A stretch of DNA of 64,000 bases from an uncultured delta proteobacterium (GTDB lineage: Bacteria > Desulfobacterota > Binatia > UBA9968), in the NCBI GenBank assembly GCA_963755715.1, contig CAVWLW010000064.1:64001-128000 (forward strand), given 5' to 3'. How positions within the stretch are numbered: position 1 is the stretch's first letter; each line of letters starts with the position of its first letter. The translations under genes and the position numbers were made by a program. Under the pieces are notes generated by a model. It was not told the origin of the DNA. It saw nothing but the letters and a program-made list of their open reading frames with translations, and did not search any database. Of the stretch, positions 59,500 through 64,000 are shown piece by piece.

Positions 59500-60594
59500 C
59501 TACTTGCTTGCTTCCGGGACCTGCGGCGTCTGCGTTGTGTGCAAGGAATTCTCCGGCTCCTCGCGATATAAACCGAAAGCCTCAACGATGGGAATATCGT
59601 TTACAGAGAAAAGAATCGCTTCTTCGCTCTTCGACCGGTTGATGTGCTCGTGCCAAGCCCAGTTGGGCAGCGCGAAAGAGTCATACTTCGACCATTCCAG
59701 CGTCTTGTCGCCGACGATGCTCGCGCCCTCGCCGCCGACGACGAAGTAGGCCGCGCTCGACGTGTGGCGATGCTTTTTCGTATGCTCGCCGGGGCGCAGC
59801 AATTGAATCCAGCAGCTGAGCGTTCGGAGCGTATGGCCGCCGGTCATCGGATTCACATACTCCAGCGCCACGCCGTCGTAGGGACTGCCGGCCTGATCGG
59901 CGAGCGCGCGCAGTTGCGGCTCGATATCTTTCCAGGCGTAGCGCAGCGGCAGATTTTCTTTCTTGGTGTTTTCCCATGTCGGTCGCACGGCGCCGGCGCG
60001 CTGCTGTAAATTTTCGCCGGCCTTCTCGCGAATCGTCTGAACTTTGTTGCCGGGATAGGGCTCGTAGAACGGCTGATTCAGTCCAAGCAAGAACGGCACA
60101 TCCAGCGCATCCACCCAGATCGCGCTTTCTTGGGTCGGATTGCGGTGGTCGTGCCAGGTCCACTGCGGCGTGAGAATTAAATCGTAGGGCTCCATCGGGC
60201 ACTTCTCGCCGTCGACGACGGTGAAAACTTTGCCGTCGCCTTTGATCACGAAGCGAATCGCCGCCAGCGTGTGCCGGTGCGCCCAGGCCATCTCGCCGGG
60301 CTTGATCATCTGAACGCCCATCAAGAGCGTGTGCGTCGTCGCGTTGTCGTTCAGGCCCGGATTGCCGAATAGCACGCTGCGCCGCGCCGTGAAGCTTTCT
60401 TCGAGCACGTTGCACGCCTCGAGCAATTTTTCATGAACCATCGGCCACGGCCAGAGATAGGCATCGCCGCGCGGTCGCGGCCCGCCGATGGCGCGACTGA
60501 GCAAATCTTCATAAATCCACTGGCCGGTCATGTGCACTTCGGCCAACTCCTGATTGAATGTCTCCAATGATTTTTTCACCTGTGGCTTCGCCAT
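59500..60594 (-). CDS. Gentisate 1,2-dioxygenase-like bicupin
   Basis: LFGNPG, AHRHT..AIRF, WTWHDH, LDVP, YVNP.TGG, HRHTS and P.WAWH. Confidence 0.88.
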   Translation of the reverse strand: MAKPQVKKSLETFNQELAEVHMTGQWIYEDLLSRAIGGPRPRGDAYLWPWPMVHEKLLEACNVLEESFTARRSVLFGNPGLNDNATTHTLLMGVQMIKPGEMAWAHRHTLAAIRFVIKGDGKVFTVVDGEKCPMEPYDLILTPQWTWHDHRNPTQESAIWVDALDVPFLLGLNQPFYEPYPGNKVQTIREKAGENLQQRAGAVRPTWENTKKENLPLRYAWKDIEPQLRALADQAGSPYDGVALEYVNPMTGGHTLRTLSCWIQLLRPGEHTKKHRHTSSAAYFVVGGEGASIVGDKTLEWSKYDSFALPNWAWHEHINRSKSEEAILFSVNDIPIVEAFGLYREEPENSLHTTQTPQVPEASK

Positions 60595-60693
60595 ATCCAA
60601 CTCCTATAAAAGTTAATCATGTCACAGTTCAAGCCGTTACGTGAGGCGGTTCTCAAGCATTTTGAACGGCTTGAACGATTTGAACGTTTTGAA

Positions 60694-61413
60694 TCACCCG
60701 CGAATTTTAACCCTCGCCGCGGTTCTTCTGACTCCTTCATAATAAAAGCCGTCGAAATAAACCTGCCAGGCCATCATCGACTCTTCCGCCGCGCGCAAAG
60801 CGGCCTTTTTCTCGGCGTCGCTGGTTAAATATTTTTCCAGCAACTTGAGCGAGCCGTCGCCGTGAATCTGATCGACCGAATCGTGCATCCACCAGAACTC
60901 GGTGTCTGCTTTCGTCAGCCCGAGTTGGCGCATCCAATGTTGTGCCTGATGATGGGAAAAGTTACCGCAGTTCGGGTTGTTGGTTCGCTCGAGAACCGAT
61001 TTTGCCGCCAAGCCCTCATACCACGTGCGGTTTTTTGTCAGCGCCTCCCACGCGTGCATGGCCACGATTGTTGTCGGCAGTGGCTTGGCGTTGACGATAC
61101 CGTCGCGGGTCAAACCCAACGCCATCCCCATTCTTGCGAGAATTTCGAAATGCGAGTGACCTTCCTGGGCTTCTTCTTCATAAAGATTTTCAGTGACGAT
61201 GAATTTGCGCACTTCGGTGATCGGACAGTTACCGACGACATGCGCCCAGCACTGCCGGCTGTGACGCGTAAAGCTCGACCATTGCTCGATCAAAACCCGC
61301 GCTGCTTCTTTGGTCAACCGATCTTTGGAATAAGGCACCCATAGCAGCCGGTCGTTGCAGTCAGTGACGATCTTGTCGATGGCCGCGGCGAAAGCTGACG
61401 AACTCGAACCCAT
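60694..61413 (-). CDS. Heme-oxygenase-like di-metal protein (CADD/PqqC-like)
   Basis: ENLYEEE..HSH, VLE and MHDSVDQIH give the E,H,E,H,D,H ligand set. Confidence 0.8.
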   Translation of the reverse strand: MGSSSSAFAAAIDKIVTDCNDRLLWVPYSKDRLTKEAARVLIEQWSSFTRHSRQCWAHVVGNCPITEVRKFIVTENLYEEEAQEGHSHFEILARMGMALGLTRDGIVNAKPLPTTIVAMHAWEALTKNRTWYEGLAAKSVLERTNNPNCGNFSHHQAQHWMRQLGLTKADTEFWWMHDSVDQIHGDGSLKLLEKYLTSDAEKKAALRAAEESMMAWQVYFDGFYYEGVRRTAARVKIRG

Positions 61414-61503
61414 CAGAAACCCTCCGAAATATAAAACTGGAGTCGCCGTAATGGAGTAATGGGTTTCGGAGCCTCCAATACTCCAATACTCCATTCACCC
61501 AAT

Positions 61504-62556
61504 TTAAAACCCCCTGAGACTGACCCCCAACCCCGCGCCCTCCGGCACGCTGATCGCGCCTTTGTTCACTGACAGTCCGAAGAACGGATCGCCGGTGATC
61601 ACCTCGAACTCGCCGAGCTCGCAGAGCGGAGAAATTCCCGGCGTGCTCGCCGCGAGATGCACCGCGGCTGCATCGCCGACCATGCTGCCCGCCGTGTTCG
61701 AGAGCGCGCAGCGAACGCCATTCAGCTCGCACAGCTCGGCGATGCGGCGCACTTCGCCGATGCTGCCGACTTTGGCAATGCCGGTGTTGATCGAATCGAC
61801 CATGCGATTCCTAATCAACGTTTGAGCATCCGCAAAGGTACGGCACGATTGATCGGCTTCGATCTTGATCGGCGCATGCTGCTTCACCTCCCGGAGCGCG
61901 TCAAATTGATCGCGCGGCACCGGCTGCTCAAAGACTTCGATCCCGTGATCGGCCAGACACTTGGCTAATCGGATCGCCGTCTTGGCGTCGTAAGCTTCAT
62001 TGGCGTCGATCTTGATAAACACGTCGTCGCCCACGGCCTTGCGCACAGCGGCCACGCGCGGCAAATCTTTGTCGATTTTGCCGCTGACTTTGAGTTTCAG
62101 CGCCAAGCCGTCGCGCGCCAACTGTCTTGCTTCCTCCGCCATCTTCTCCGGAGTATCGACGCTCACCATTTTAATCACCCGGATCTCGCTGCGATATTTG
62201 CCGCCAAGCATGACGGCAAGCGGCATGTGGTAGCTCCGCGCCAACGCATCGTACATCGCCGTCTCCAGAGCCGACTTGGCGCGCGGGTTTCCGGTTAATG
62301 CGTGATCCATGTCGGCGCGAAGTCGCGCCAGATCTTCGAGATCCCGGCCGACCACTTTGGGCTTCAAAACCGTGTCGATGACATGCTGCGCGGTCTGCGG
62401 CGTTTCGCCCGTGCGCGGGAAAAGATCCGAGTAACCGTAGCCTTCGATGCCCCCGTCGGTGATGACCTTGGCCAGCAAGCCGCGCGCGACCGTAAAATTA
62501 TTCGTCGCCGTGACCAGCGGCTTGGTGTAAGGCATTTCTAATACGGCTGGTTTCAA
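61504..62556 (-). CDS. Enolase superfamily, muconate lactonizing enzyme/dipeptide epimerase subgroup
   Basis: KLK, DANE, EQP and AD metal ligands; LETAMYDA; PEGAGLGV. Confidence 0.88.
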   Translation of the reverse strand: MKPAVLEMPYTKPLVTATNNFTVARGLLAKVITDGGIEGYGYSDLFPRTGETPQTAQHVIDTVLKPKVVGRDLEDLARLRADMDHALTGNPRAKSALETAMYDALARSYHMPLAVMLGGKYRSEIRVIKMVSVDTPEKMAEEARQLARDGLALKLKVSGKIDKDLPRVAAVRKAVGDDVFIKIDANEAYDAKTAIRLAKCLADHGIEVFEQPVPRDQFDALREVKQHAPIKIEADQSCRTFADAQTLIRNRMVDSINTGIAKVGSIGEVRRIAELCELNGVRCALSNTAGSMVGDAAAVHLAASTPGISPLCELGEFEVITGDPFFGLSVNKGAISVPEGAGLGVSLRGF

Positions 62557-62808
62557 CGCCAGTGACTTTGCCTGATTTTCATCAATTCACATTCCTTTAG
62601 TCTCGAGCGAACTTGATGCAGCTAGCGGATGCTTACCATAATTGAATCCAGCTCTGCCAGTGACCGAGACGATCATCCATGCGCGACGCTGAACCCGATC
62701 CAATCTCAAAAGACTTCCTGATTTTGTTGCACCGTGGTAGGGTCGCACCCGGATAAAAAACTCGCAAACCTCGATCGATTTCAAAAACCATTAAGGAGTA
62801 AGTCGCTC

Positions 62809-63936
62809 ATGTCCCAGGATGAACGCATAAAAGCTTTGATGGCGGCGTTTCACAAAACCACTTATTTCAAATGGATGGCAAGCCAAAATATCCCCGTGAT
62901 CGATGGTTACGGCTTGGAAGACGTCCGTGACGTCGCCATGGCGCCGTGGGCACGCACCGGCGGCAAGGCCTCGTTTATCAATCTCTACGGCATGGAAGGC
63001 GTCACCGGCATGTACGTGGGCGAGATTCCCGCCGGCGGTGCGCTCGAAGCCGAGAAACATTTTTACGAAGAAGTGATCTGCATCCTCGATGGCCAGGGTG
63101 CCACGGAAGTGTGGCAAGAAGGCGGGCGCAAGCAAATGTTCGAATGGGGGCCATGGAGCTTGTTCGCGCCGCCGCTCAATACCTGGCATCGACTGATCAA
63201 CGGCGGGCGCCAGCCGGTGAAGTATTTGGCTGTGACCAACGCGCCGCTGGTGATGGATATCGTGCACAACGAGGAATTCATTTTTAATTCCCCTTATGTT
63301 TTTTCCGACCGCTACTCGGGCGCAGACGATTTTTTTAATATTGGACAGAAGCGCTACGAGTCCGGCATGCAGCATATCTGGGAAACCAATTTCATCATGG
63401 ACGTCCAGTCGGCGAATCTGGATCAGCGCGAAGTAAAGGGCGCCGGCGTGCGCATCACCCAGTTCGAGCTTTCCGGCAACAGCTTGATCGGCCATCTAGC
63501 GCAGTGGCCGGCGGCGCGCTACCACAAGGCGCACTATCACGGCTCCGGCGCGATTCTATTGGGCTTGCAATCGTCGGGTTACGTTCTCCTCTGGTCGAAG
63601 GAACTCGGCACTCAGCCTTACGAAGCCGGCCGCGGCGACGAAGTCGTCGAAGTGAAATGGAAAGCCGGCAGCGTCTATTGCCCGCCGGGCGGCTGGTTTC
63701 ATCAGCATTTCAATACCGGCCCCGAACCGGCGCGCCATCTCGCGCTCCGCTACGGCAGCCGAATTCACCCGATCGGCTTTAAGATCGCCGACAAGCGCAG
63801 CGAGGACGGCGTTTATATCGACGTAAAAAAAGGCGGCACTCTAATCGAATATGCCGACGAAGACCCGTACATTCGCAAACACTACGAAGACGAGATGAGA
63901 AAAAGAGGCGTAGCGAGCCAGATGCCGGCGGTATAA
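62809..63936 (+). CDS. Bicupin domain protein
   Basis: EKHFYEE, PPLNTWH; YHKAHYH, WFHQHFNTG and IEYADED. Confidence 0.85.
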   Translation: MSQDERIKALMAAFHKTTYFKWMASQNIPVIDGYGLEDVRDVAMAPWARTGGKASFINLYGMEGVTGMYVGEIPAGGALEAEKHFYEEVICILDGQGATEVWQEGGRKQMFEWGPWSLFAPPLNTWHRLINGGRQPVKYLAVTNAPLVMDIVHNEEFIFNSPYVFSDRYSGADDFFNIGQKRYESGMQHIWETNFIMDVQSANLDQREVKGAGVRITQFELSGNSLIGHLAQWPAARYHKAHYHGSGAILLGLQSSGYVLLWSKELGTQPYEAGRGDEVVEVKWKAGSVYCPPGGWFHQHFNTGPEPARHLALRYGSRIHPIGFKIADKRSEDGVYIDVKKGGTLIEYADEDPYIRKHYEDEMRKRGVASQMPAV

Positions 63937-64000
63937 AAAAGATCGAACTGTTCTTACCCTCCCAGGGATGCGCGGGAGGACGAAGGACGAGTTTGAACGT

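Noticed and set aside
59441-60693. CRISPR array from the TTGAAC repeats
   Set aside because: Units are 9 bp, contiguous and spacerless; no cas genes
60694-61413. PqqC / PQQ biosynthesis
   Set aside because: No pqqA/B/D/E nearby; the ligand set fits a di-metal HDO
49-63782. Many long antisense/overlapping ORFs in the track (e.g. 13415..14572 +, 27485..28381 +, 54669..55532 -)
   Set aside because: Shadows of real genes in GC-rich DNA; no motifs, and the opposite frame has clear family signatures
1-64000. tRNA/rRNA, integrase, transposase, phage or defence genes
   Set aside because: None recognised on either strand

Overview
Gene-dense, moderately GC-rich bacterial chromosomal window, mostly minus-strand, given over to catabolism of aromatic, heteroaromatic or otherwise unusual small acids. 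The gene style suggests Candidatus Binatia or a related deltaproteobacteria-like soil lineage (inference only). It encodes 4 UbiD-family decarboxylases, 3 ComD/ComE-like split ThDP decarboxylase pairs plus a deleted comD copy, 2 Rieske oxygenase alpha subunits, a DesZ/LigB-type extradiol dioxygenase with an RraA/HMG aldolase, 2 heme-oxygenase-like di-metal (CADD/PqqC/TenA) proteins, a Mo-hydroxylase large subunit, 3 luciferase-like oxidoreductases, cupins, VOC proteins and 11 intact solute-binding proteins with no cognate permease or ATPase. The standout is a stand-alone GrdE/GrdB-like reductase pair. Its GrdB reads through an in-frame UGA (UxxC) followed by a SECIS-like hairpin, its GrdE lacks the pyruvoyl-forming Cys, and no GrdA/C/D or thioredoxin genes are nearby. 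About 12 single-base frameshifts, 11 of them +1, look like long-read sequencing errors, whereas several gene remnants appear to be real deletion scars. Sigma54 promoters, REP-like palindromes and 7-9 bp periodic intergenic repeats are present. I saw no rRNA, tRNA, CRISPR array, transposase or phage genes.
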